Shown: positions 47,489 to 57,780 of the stretch, in pieces
Numbering within the stretch: position 1 is the first letter of the stretch
Layout of the letters: each line of letters opens with the position of its first letter
Origin: Amphiscolops sp. MND2022
Lineage: Eukaryota
Reading direction: 5' to 3'
DNA length: 64,000 nucleotides
Assembly (NCBI GenBank): GCA_964187785.1
Contig: OZ076409.1
Span: forward strand, 78,556,001-78,620,000
Notes under the pieces: generated by a model
Told to the model about the DNA's origin: nothing
The model's database searches: none
Seen by the model: only the letters and a program-made list of their open reading frames with translations
Position numbers and translations under genes: made by a program

Positions 47489-49839
47489 AATGCAGCATTC
47501 AATATAATTGTCGTTCGACTCGGCCTTTCTCTTTACGGGTGGATTTGCGCCTTTCCAGTCAGATAATGCACATTTTTGCATTCATTGATATGCTTATGGA
47601 TGACTTATAACATGCTTCATAGGTAGTTGATCCTACTAATATTGAGTTCGTGTGGGTATGCAGAAATACCCCAACCTTATTTCTGTAAACCTTTTAAAAA
47701 CAAGCACGCCGAGCACAGGGATATTTTCCACTTCGAACGTAGACCTAAGACTCTAGGATAGTAAACAAAAGTACGTTGTTACTGCAGATTTCAAAAAAAG
47801 GTTCCAGCCATGACACTTACCGGTTCATATTATCTTTTTTTGGATAAAACCCTTCATTGTTTAACACTGTGAAACTAAAGCCGACGAAAACATCCAAAAA
47901 ATGTAAACTAAATGCATTAAAACAGTCGAAAGTTGAGAAAAAAGAAAAGTTTTTCCCAATTTCCGGGTGATGCAGGCCTATTTGGCAGTTCTGCTTTTTT
48001 AGTCATTTCTCATTCAACATAATGGGATACGGTACCATATTTACAGCCAAGTGGTCAAACATTGGTCGACCACGTAGTGGTCTTCAATTGACTTAAAGTC
48101 TGACTGCCCGATAATATTGCTCTTTTCACTGTTTCCTCTGCCAAATGTGTACTTTTACTTGACCGTGTCACTCAGCTTAAAATGAGAAAGCTGCATAAAA
48201 CCCAAACCCAAACAGGGTGACTTGAGAAACCTAGAATCTGATACCGAACGATCACAGCCGCCCCTGGTTGGGTCTGCTTGAACTTTTTCACAAGTTTTTG
48301 TAGTAAAAGCTAATTTTTCATGACTTTATAAAATTCTCAAGGAAATGTCCATGCATTAAAACTTCACTGATGCAATTTAATCTATCAAGCTAAGCTGCCT
48401 ATAAGATGCATCCTAAATTTGGCGGCAATTCCGAGCCGCGAAGTTTTGCAGGTTTTGTCTAGACGCCGTTCTAATTTTGAAAGCAGCTGAGACCTTCATC
48501 AATTTTACCGCGGCTTCAATGCAATAAATTTTCAGTCACATTATAAGTTTTAAAGTAGCAATATATTCTGCGTGCTATTTGACTAATGGTGTTTACATAA
48601 GGTAGTTGCTTGAGAAACTTACGCGGGAAAACAAAGTGATCGCGGTGGTGAAGAAGTGGAAATGTTTTCTGTTTTAACTCAAATAATGAAAGCTTAGTAA
48701 TCCTACAAAATGTTTCCATGCATGATCCCTGAATTTTTTATGTTTTATAAAAAATTAAGCGGCATTTTTTGAAGGGCCTGTAAAACTTTGCGGCAACTTT
48801 GACTAGGGGCGCTAACGCTCCAAATACTTCACTAGGAACCCCAGAATTAGAAGGTTTGACGCATGTTTCTTTATACAAAAATGTGACACGCAGCTAGTTC
48901 TTTTGTTTTTCAACTAACACTCTAGATCATCATTACCACAGGAACAGCAAAAAATTGCGAAAAAAACTTTGAAACTTTGACCGTTTTGAGTTCATTTGTG
49001 GCATTTTATTCAGAGAAAGAAATAGATTTACGCTTCATGAAAACAACGTGACAATTATTATGGATTTTTATTCTTTTTTTCAATCCGGTCAAAGTGATCA
49101 CAGGAGTTTTAGAAATTGGCAATTTGACTGATAAGGTCCTTTTTCTCTTAGTTCGACCATTTCTGGTTTAAAAAGAAATTCGATAGTTTTGTGGCCATGT
49201 GTTATATTTTCCGCGAAAGTTTTCATTTAACAGAAGCTTTCTCTTGGATTTCTGAAGTCTTCATTAAAAAATACTCTTTCGAGCTCGAATGGTCATTTTT
49301 GTTGTTTTTTAAAGTCAAAATTATCACATCGGCTATTTTTCCCAAAAATTCTTATGCTTTGCGGTGCGTTTGAGTTTCACCTGATTATATGTTTTTACTG
49401 ATGCTAATTGGATGCAATGATGCAATTTGGGAACCTTGGTGGGTGTAGTTAAACTCCTAAAATCCAGAAGCCATTCAAATTACGTATTTTTACAGATTTC
49501 ACTTTTTCTCCGAAATGTTCTTGGGTCAGCTGGTGTCAGATTATCTTCAACTTGAGGTCAGTATGGTTCCTAGTATTTCAAACAATCATGTGTCTTGTTT
49601 TCATTACCCCATAAACAGGCACTCATACTTTTACCGTGCGTTCCGTTCCGTTCATTCTCGTTATCTTCCGATTCATAAAATTTTCATTTTTGTCGACTTG
49701 TACATCCAAATACATACCAAGATTGTTGATTTTAGGAAAAATTTTAAAAACATTCATCAGCCTCGGGGTAGTAAAGAAAAAAATCATCTACTAAATTGCG
49801 CCGACTAAAAAGGACATCAAGACGAGCACATTGCCGTTA

Positions 49840-49842
<3 letters not shown>

Positions 49843-49896
<54 letters not shown>

Positions 49897-49907
49897 GGAG
49901 AGAGAGA
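49843..49907. repeat. (AG)n microsatellite
   Basis: Directly visible, with two interruptions. Confidence 0.95.
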
Positions 49908-50003
49908 TCAATGTGCTATTGATAATGAGGAATTTGTACCAGATGGTCGGACTATAGTTGATAGTAACAATCCGACAAAAGATTACTGTCGGTGTTTCAC
50001 TCT

Positions 50004-50570
50004 TCAAAACTGGACCAAATTGTAAGAACTATGACTCGTGGTATCTCTTAAGTCACCTACAGATCTTGAATCTTTCTTTGCAATTTTTATTTTAGGCCCG
50101 GGTGCGCTTTCCCTGTTCTCCTGACTATTTGGAGACGAACTGGCCTCAGTGTCCCTGTGTCCCATAGAGGACATCGAGTTTGCAATATTCTGGATTTCTG
50201 GAATAACTCTTTCAGCTATAGCTGTCGATATAGCTCTATTTATTTGGCTATGCATTATTGACATCATAGATTCCATTTCTTGAGACAATCTAAGATTAAA
50301 CTCACTTGAAAAGGCTTCAAAGGATTGCCTGACTTCGTTTTGCCTCAAAGGTTCATTTTCATGTAAGTAATCTCTAAACTCATTTTCATGGTACACGTTT
50401 GTATCACCGTCCCCGTGGGCCGATGACTGATCTATTGCTTCAGCTAGTTCTCTTTCAATGGGATTATTATTTTCATTTCCCAGCATCACATCTAGGTTAT
50501 CATAGTCGGACAGCATGTCCATTTCTCTAGATCTCCTAGCTTTGGCTTTCTGACGTCTAGTAGAAGGCAT
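50004..50570 (-). CDS. LTR-embedded ORF, probably the N-terminus of gag, truncated at the element end
   Basis: ATG ORF MPSTRRQKAKARR (gag-like basic start); TATA-like run at 50719-50727 upstream; the last five codons come from flanking DNA. Confidence 0.6.
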   Translation of the reverse strand: MPSTRRQKAKARRSREMDMLSDYDNLDVMLGNENNNPIERELAEAIDQSSAHGDGDTNVYHENEFRDYLHENEPLRQNEVRQSFEAFSSEFNLRLSQEMESMMSIMHSQINRAISTAIAERVIPEIQNIANSMSSMGHRDTEASSSPNSQENRESAPGPKIKIAKKDSRSVGDLRDTTSHSSYNLVQF

Positions 50571-52998
50571 AAGAGATTATTGCAAGAGGCAAGAATTTAA
50601 ATTAATATCTTGGGCTTGCAAAGTGAAAATGAACGGGTAGTTTTAATAAACAGTTCGCAACAGTAACGCATCAAAGTATCATCAAGATAATTCTGTCCCC
50701 GGGGCCACCAGTCCCGGTTATATATATTTGAATTTGCATGACACTCAATAAAATGGTGGTCATAATCTAAAAATAGCCTTTAGGGCTTTCTAAATATAGC
50801 TACAATCTATAAATAGCAGGCAACGTCAACATTACATCATGTAGATCAAAGGTCCCTCTTGGCGGCAAATATGGCAGCGGGACCATGAGTCCGTTAGGAC
50901 AAGCAACTGCTTACATGCATACTAAGCAACGTACTACATGTATGAAATACATATTACATGTATGAAATGCTTACTACATGTATAGATAGTAATTTTACAT
51001 ATATTCTAAACTAAATATATTGCGCAAATTACATATGAAGCAACACCATCAAACTAATTCTAAAATATTAAATCAGTCCTTTGAGGGCCAATAGCGCCTT
51101 TTATCAGTTATCAAAAGATTAATCATTACATAACCAGTACTGCTAGGTAGAATTACACTCTCAATTAAAGCGCGGACTCAGTGTCCAATAGACTGGTACA
51201 GCCCAGCGCTTTATTAGCAGGCGGCATATAGCTGTCTAGTCCTTTAATTCTATTAAGCTAGCACGAGTAAAGGTTACATAACACTGCGCTATGATTGGAT
51301 GACGAGTTAGTCGGACTTGCGGACCAAGGCGACAGGCAAGAAAACATTTGAACGCGTTTCCTTTACCTGTACGCCTTGGTGTCCAATTAACTCGTATTAA
51401 TGCATAGAATTACATAATATAACTTGCACAAAATGAAATATATAGAGTTTTACATGACTTTTTAGAGCAACAATAATAGTTTTCCTTGTAAGTTTTCTAA
51501 TTTAATGGAAGGGTGAAGGGTTCTGCTTTCTTGTAACTATGGCAGATTGAGTATGTGTTGCCATCACAGGCGGACGCCTGGGACACTCCCCCTGGAATTA
51601 GCATAAAACAGCCCACCTTCATTCCTTCCAAGAAAGCTAGTCGTCTCGCGTTGAATTGCTCGGCAGATTCCCCTCGGACGGCCGTCTTGTGCAGATAATC
51701 TATGACCGCCTCGTCCTGAATCTGTTCCACAGATTTTCCACATACGAGACAATCTGTGCACCCTGTAATATACGGGTTATCTGCTGCGGTCGGCCCACGG
51801 AAGTGAATACCACCTTCGTGTCGTTGGGAGCTGCTAGAAGTGGCTTCCGCGGTTATCCTCCAGTCGCCCGTAGGATATTTATCGATTGCTGGGGGCGACA
51901 TAGGTGTGTCGACCATCGGGATCAGTTGGCTGCATAAGTTAATTGGGTGGTCATTTCTAAGCCGTGAGTCCCTCGCAATTGGTCCTCTGCCCATTTCCAG
52001 CTCAAAGTACCCAGCGTCGAACATCGGTCCCGGCACATATGCAAGCCTGGGAGTAGTAGCGCGAGTCACTTCTTGCTTTCCTGAAGCTGAGGGGATTTGA
52101 ATTCCTGCTGAAGTCGATGGCAAGTCCAGTTGTCTTTCCACACATTGGGCCAAGAGGGCCATTTCATCGTCATCAGACAGGCTCTCTAAGTCATCCACGG
52201 ACGCCCTGCTTGCGCACTCTATGTCGTCGTCACTAGAGATGTAAATGACACCGTCTCCCGGGGCTGCTCCTTGAAAATCTTCAGGATAATACTCAGGGGA
52301 TTCCGAGTCAAATTGACTTGCAAGGAATTTATTCATTATTGCTTTTTTGGCAATCTTGGAAGTTATTAGTTTTAGGTTTTGAAGTTTGATAAGCAGCTGA
52401 ATTTCGAGATTGAAACTGAAACAATGGCGATTTCTTCCTCCGTCGACTAGCGGGATTTTCTTTTCAGTTTCCCGGGGTTTTGCCCTTCCCGGCTCACTAA
52501 ATCCTCAATAACAAAATTCCTTTTCTTCGGCATCTTTCAACTAGCCGCTCGGTCTTCTTTGAAAATGCCGACTGAGGCTTTGTTGACTTACATCAACTCT
52601 ATCAACACTTCCATATTAAGAGCGTCGCTTCAAGTGTTTATTAACACTCATCAAGCACTTAAAAGTTTCAAGAGGGTGAAGCTATGGCAGACGGCCACGC
52701 CGTCCATCAGCGTTTCTGATCAACCAATAGGAATGCAGCAAAATTTCTCTTGAGTAAAAATGGCTTCCCAAGGTCGTAAATCCATATAAGGAATAATATA
52801 AAATGACCTGAAATTAAATAAAATCCTGGTAAAATCATGAAATATTTAATAAAATGGTAAAGTTTCGAAATAAGATAAATGGAAGAGTGTAGATATCGCT
52901 GGCAGACTCTATCCACATAATAGTGTAAATTGTAAATATCTTGTAAATTTGACACCAAATTGTATAGCCACGAACTCCAACTTTGACATCTTGTCACA
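50021..52998 (-). repeat. Putative ~3-kb 3' LTR
   Basis: Minus strand: purine-rich GAAAAGAGAATTGGCAA (53015-52999), then TGTGAC ... CTTACA; cannot be confirmed without the 5' LTR. Confidence 0.5.
51497..52336 (-). CDS. Accessory ORF (279 aa), acidic N-terminus, SIM-like VIYISSDDD and CxxCxxC cluster
   Basis: Intact GC-richer ATG ORF, sense to pol; minus-strand AATAAA near 51210. Confidence 0.75.
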   Translation of the reverse strand: MNKFLASQFDSESPEYYPEDFQGAAPGDGVIYISSDDDIECASRASVDDLESLSDDDEMALLAQCVERQLDLPSTSAGIQIPSASGKQEVTRATTPRLAYVPGPMFDAGYFELEMGRGPIARDSRLRNDHPINLCSQLIPMVDTPMSPPAIDKYPTGDWRITAEATSSSSQRHEGGIHFRGPTAADNPYITGCTDCLVCGKSVEQIQDEAVIDYLHKTAVRGESAEQFNARRLAFLEGMKVGCFMLIPGGVSQASACDGNTYSICHSYKKAEPFTLPLN

Positions 52999-53610
52999 TT
53001 GCCAATTCTCTTTTCAATTCATTATTTTCAAATTCTTTCTAGTTACTCTTTGTATTATCGTCCAGTATTTAATCATCTCTAGTCTTTTAGTCTTCTAGTC
53101 GTATTTACTCCGTATTCATTTGAAGTAGTCATTTGTAATTTCTTCCGATTACGTCTTTTTGTGGATTTCTTGGGTCATCCTAGGACAATCGACACTGAGT
53201 CCCTTTTGCTAATTCATCTCCAGCAATCTTTCTTGTCCTTCATCAAAGAAGAATTTGTCTTCTCCCTACAACTGCTGCTGTATTGTCACCAGTTCAGCTT
53301 CGTCATCCTCCTCTATTGATCGCTCAGCTTTCAATTCAGTGACCACCAGTCTAACTGTACACAGTACTCCCTTCTCAAGACATCCTTCTTTGCATTCAAA
53401 CAGGTCAGTAGCTTTTCAGGTTTTGTTTCTATTTTAGTATTGAATTAATCTGAGGCTTGATCAGGGCTCTCATTTCATTCACGTACTTCCTGTCCCATAA
53501 CACAAGTGTTCACTTGAGTTCGAAATATCTACTTCCGGAAGATTTTTAATGCGGTAATGGACTCTTTCTCAGGAAGTTATCCGCTTGAGTTTATCTCTTT
53601 CTGTTTAGAC

Positions 53611-56600
53611 ATGTCGTCCGAAGAGCAAAATGATATTGTTCCTGCCACCGCTACTGCATCCATGACTGAAGAAGAAGTTGCCATTCCCGAAGAAGCTGGT
53701 ACCAGTCAGGCCACTTCGATCCCTGTAGACCCTGAGTCCACACAACTAGTGCCGCCAGGAGATAATCCTGATAAGCCTGCTCCGACCCCAAGCCCTTCTA
53801 CGGATGAAAGCATTTCCGCTTACATTGACCGTCAATTGCAGACTTTGGGTTGCCAGGGCCTTGGTCTTGACATCTCCTTCTTGCCTCCTACCACATCTGC
53901 CATTGTAGACAATGTACTAAAGCCAACCGCTGAGAAAGCTTCTGAGTCGGAGCCAATTCCCCAGGTCACGACTGGGTCACAAGACAAGGAGTCTCCTGAG
54001 GCTGAGATCGAGCGGGGCAATGATGCTGTCAGTGAAGCTGGATTTTCCGTCAACAAGGCGGATTACTTCCAAACGGATACCAGCGACGCTGAAGAATTAC
54101 TTGATAGTTCAGGTGCTGAGACCGTCAAGGAACCTCCTTTCTTGATTGCACTGGATGCGCTAAGCTCCACTGGGACTGAGACCCATGAGAATGTTAAGCC
54201 ATCAACCTCGGCTGAGTTACCTGGCACATCTTCCCCGAAGCTCTTCAGTCCTACCAGGCCTTTATCTGCCTCTGCTCGAACGCTCATAAATCAGCATTTC
54301 AATGAGACCAACCCGTGCATCCTCCCGGTAGGCCATGCGACCGTAGCCTTCAATCAGGGGCAAGTCCATTCCATCTTGCGTGCCGTCTCCACGGAAACCA
54401 TTACTTCTTCCCTACACCAAATGAAGAACATGCTGGAAGAAGCGATCCGGGCGGGAATTCGCTCCCAAGGTACTCCTCAAGGATCCGGGAAGCAGCGAAT
54501 CAAGATCTTCCGTAAGCAGAGCGGCAGCCTTGGATCAGGTGCGGAAGACAGTGACGTTGGGACTGAGGGGTACACTAGCGGAGCCCTCAGTTCAGAAGAT
54601 GAGTTTGTCATCAATTCTCAAAGAGCTGGCAAGGATCTGAGCATCAATCCCCCTCCAAGTCCTCCAGATCAAAGTTCGACATCAACACCTGGCCCATCAT
54701 CCGCACAACAAGTCCCTAGTCCAGGATTCTGCTCAACTGACTATGAGCCTCTAGCCACATTGACCACTGACCAAGCTTCTGTCTCAAGTCCACCTCGCAA
54801 ACGTCGTCGGCTTCCAGGACGCACAGGCAGAATAATGAAAGAAGCCTATTTCAAAGGAATTCAGTGGACTCGGACATTCGTCACCGGCCCCCTTGACCCA
54901 GAACACAACAAACATAAGTTCTACTGCCAGATATGTAAGACGAACGTTTCCATTTTCTCAAAAGGAGCACGGGAGATTGTCCGCCATTTCCAGTGTGAGT
55001 CGCATTTCCGCAAAGATCAGCGCTGGAGATATGAGCACCTAAGGAAGAAGGACAAGGTGACTGGCCGGACTGTGTACGAAGTCAGAGGGAAGAAGGGCCA
55101 ATTGTTGACTCCCTTAGAACTTGAGAAAGAGAAGCCTTTCTTCATGCAAGTTCCTTTGGTTGAAACTGGCAGCAGTAACCCCTTCTACGAGGATCATATG
55201 GCTGGCCTGGGCTCCATCGCTGGGCAGGAGGAGATCAGACTGTGCGTCCAAATCTCCATGGTTGCTCTCTTCGCTCCTCGTTGTGGAGATCTAAACGTCC
55301 TTGAGTCGCTATGGTCACAGATTGGCACTGTTACCAACCATCAGAGTCTGTTCTCTCCTTACGATTGGGGCTCCTCCAAACTGACAGTAAGTATTGGCGA
55401 TTTCTAGCCTCAGGGTCCTTTAGCCCTAACGTAGCCCCGATTCATTTTCATCCTGGTTAATTTTGTTTTAGACGATCTTTCATCACATCTTCCTCTGTGG
55501 CATCGCTGACATCGCGTATCAAGTCAGTGTCACGGGTCAGTACTCTCTGGAGTTTGAAATGCGAGGCACCTACAGCTTTGTCTCGATCCGGTTCTGGAAG
55601 GGCGAATCCCTCAATGTCGTCCGTTTGCTACGATACCGGACTGCTTCAGAGCCTGCAGCTGGTTTCCTGTTGGTACTTTCCCGCCTCTTGTCCGTCCTAT
55701 CAACACAACCTCAGATTGTGAGCGTGTCTGGGTGTCCTGCAGAGGTGATTCCTCTTCTTGAACGTTCTTGCCTCTTCCAAAAAGGGATTGAGTACCCTTT
55801 TCGATTTGATGCTCTTTGTCTGCCGGACCTGATGCATGAACGATGGGGCAGCGTGTTTGGCACTATCAGCTTCTTCTCTCAGTTGAAGTTTCTGATTACA
55901 TTCTTGGACGGTTGCGGTGGACAGCTTTGGGCCGCCCTAATGCCAGAATTCGTTAAGGTAAGGTCACTGTCCGTAAGACTGTAGGTCCAGTTTTGAATTG
56001 CCTCCAATAAGCATGTTGATTGTAGGCGATGACTACCTATCACCTGGAAATTGCCGCTGTACCAGCCATATGTTCGGAACTGATTGCGAACTGGAAGTCT
56101 GTGCACCAACATTTGACGAAGATAGCACCACCTCAGGTCCACCAGGGGGTTAAAAACAAGCCCCAAAGCCTCGAGTGGGAAATCATAGCTGATGATTTCT
56201 TCACCATCAAGCTGGAGTTCTTCGCACGAATTGTCCGCGATTGTTAGTATATTGGTTTTCCTCTTGTCTACGGACCTCATGGTCCCAGTTTCTCTTACCA
56301 CTATTTGAGGCTCATGCTAGATATAGTAGATTGACACGCTAGGTCTAATGGTGTCATAGGGACCCTTCAGGATGGTAATGTTTTGTTTTCCAGACACCAA
56401 GAGCTTCGAGAGTCAGTTTGCACAGCGAAGGGATAGTGGCTTCTACACCTTCCGAGAGTTCCATACTTTCATCCGCAAGTTGGCAGGTCGAGCACTACTT
56501 CCCAGACACGTGCCTGATATCCTGGACTGGAAGTCGCTGGGCGATTTGCAAGGACAGAATTGGCGACAACTGTCTAACCGAGATTTCTTGAGTCGCTTGA

Positions 56601-57544
56601 AGCTCAAAGAAAATTTGGATGCCGCATGCCATGCTCGTGTCAGGAGAATTTATAGCGAGAAGCAACTGACGCCTGAAGAGACGGAGACAGCAGCTGAGGC
56701 CATTCGGGACGATTTCGCCACCAAGGCCCGAGGTTACCTCGTCCATCTTTTGAAAGTCTTCCTTGCCGACATTAGCCTGAATGCTGGTATCGTAAGAGGC
56801 CTGGGCAGTTTCGATCCAGTAGCCCTCCTGAGTCTGCCGCTTGAGCAAGCCACATATTGTTTCTCCGCTCTGTACAGATCCTTTAGTTTGCGAGGCTGGT
56901 TAGAGAATTCCCCAGAGACTGATGCCCGAGACGAGTACATCGATTTCGTGGAGTTTTTCCGCCAAGCCAACTCTGGAGTCAAGGATACCCCAGAGGTCTT
57001 CACCGACATGGTAGCCTTTCTGATTGGTATGCCTGAATTGAAGTTGCGGAAACATCTGTTTTACATCTTCCAGTTGAGTTGTCTGTGCCTGACTTCTAAG
57101 TTGCCAGAGCTCCCAGCCATCAAATTCTCTGGAGTTGATTGTAATGATCCCCGAAGTAGACTTTTCGATGTCATCATGCCTGCACAGTCTTACCTAGCTA
57201 ATGTGGCAAATTCAGTGGCTGTGTGCACTACAGAAGCTTCCCTGGGTACCTTCAAAGATCTGGAATTCCGATTCAGTATTGGCAACGTCCCAGGAGACCC
57301 TTGGTCACACGTAGACAGTTTCGGCAAGGCTAATTTGCATAAAACCTTAATCGCAGTCTACAAAGCTCTGGGCAGGAGTGTCCGTCCTGACATCGAGTCC
57401 GCTTCCAATTCCTCGTCCAAAGAAGGGGGGAAACAACGTAAGCTGTCCCCTGGTAAAGGCAAGAAAGTTGGCTTTCGGGCAGCTGGTGAAACTGAAGCCG
57501 CAAAGTCCAGTGATGCGAACGCTCCTGGAACTTCTAAATCTTAA
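53611..57544 (+). CDS. Spliced antisense gene, ~1209 aa; BED-like C2H2 zinc finger, probably hAT-transposase-derived; exons 53611-55386, 55472-55957, 56026-56242, 56394-57544
   Basis: Three GT-AG introns with matching phases 0, 0 and 1 join four ORF-track fragments into one 3630-nt frame; FYCQICKTNVS...RHFQCESH finger; PPRKRRR NLS; AATAAA at 57722 and 57750. Confidence 0.87.
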
Positions 57545-57780
57545 ATGTACAAAGAGTACATTTGTTTCTAGACTGTACTTGTTGTAAACTGCTTTATATT
57601 TATTTCTTCTTTGTTGCTTGTTTGCGTGCCTTTGTATTATTCGCCACTGAGTCTCTCTTTTTGTATATAGTTAGTTCCAGTAATCGATAAGAAAAATCAG
57701 TCAGAGTAGTCCCAAGTAAAAAATAAAAGTCCTCAAGGGCTGGAAGTGAAATAAAGGGACTGGTAATTCAAGTTTTCTGA

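Noticed and set aside
50693..50710. Minus-strand TGGTGGCCCCGGGG as a PBS
   Set aside because: Not preceded by a CA terminus and sits just after a TATA run; the CA end at 50021 explains the ORF truncation better, though this is not fully excluded.
53557..53610. ORF-track start MDSFSG... for the antisense gene
   Set aside because: It runs through a pyrimidine tract and the AG acceptor at 53607-53608; the ATG at 53611 is more likely.
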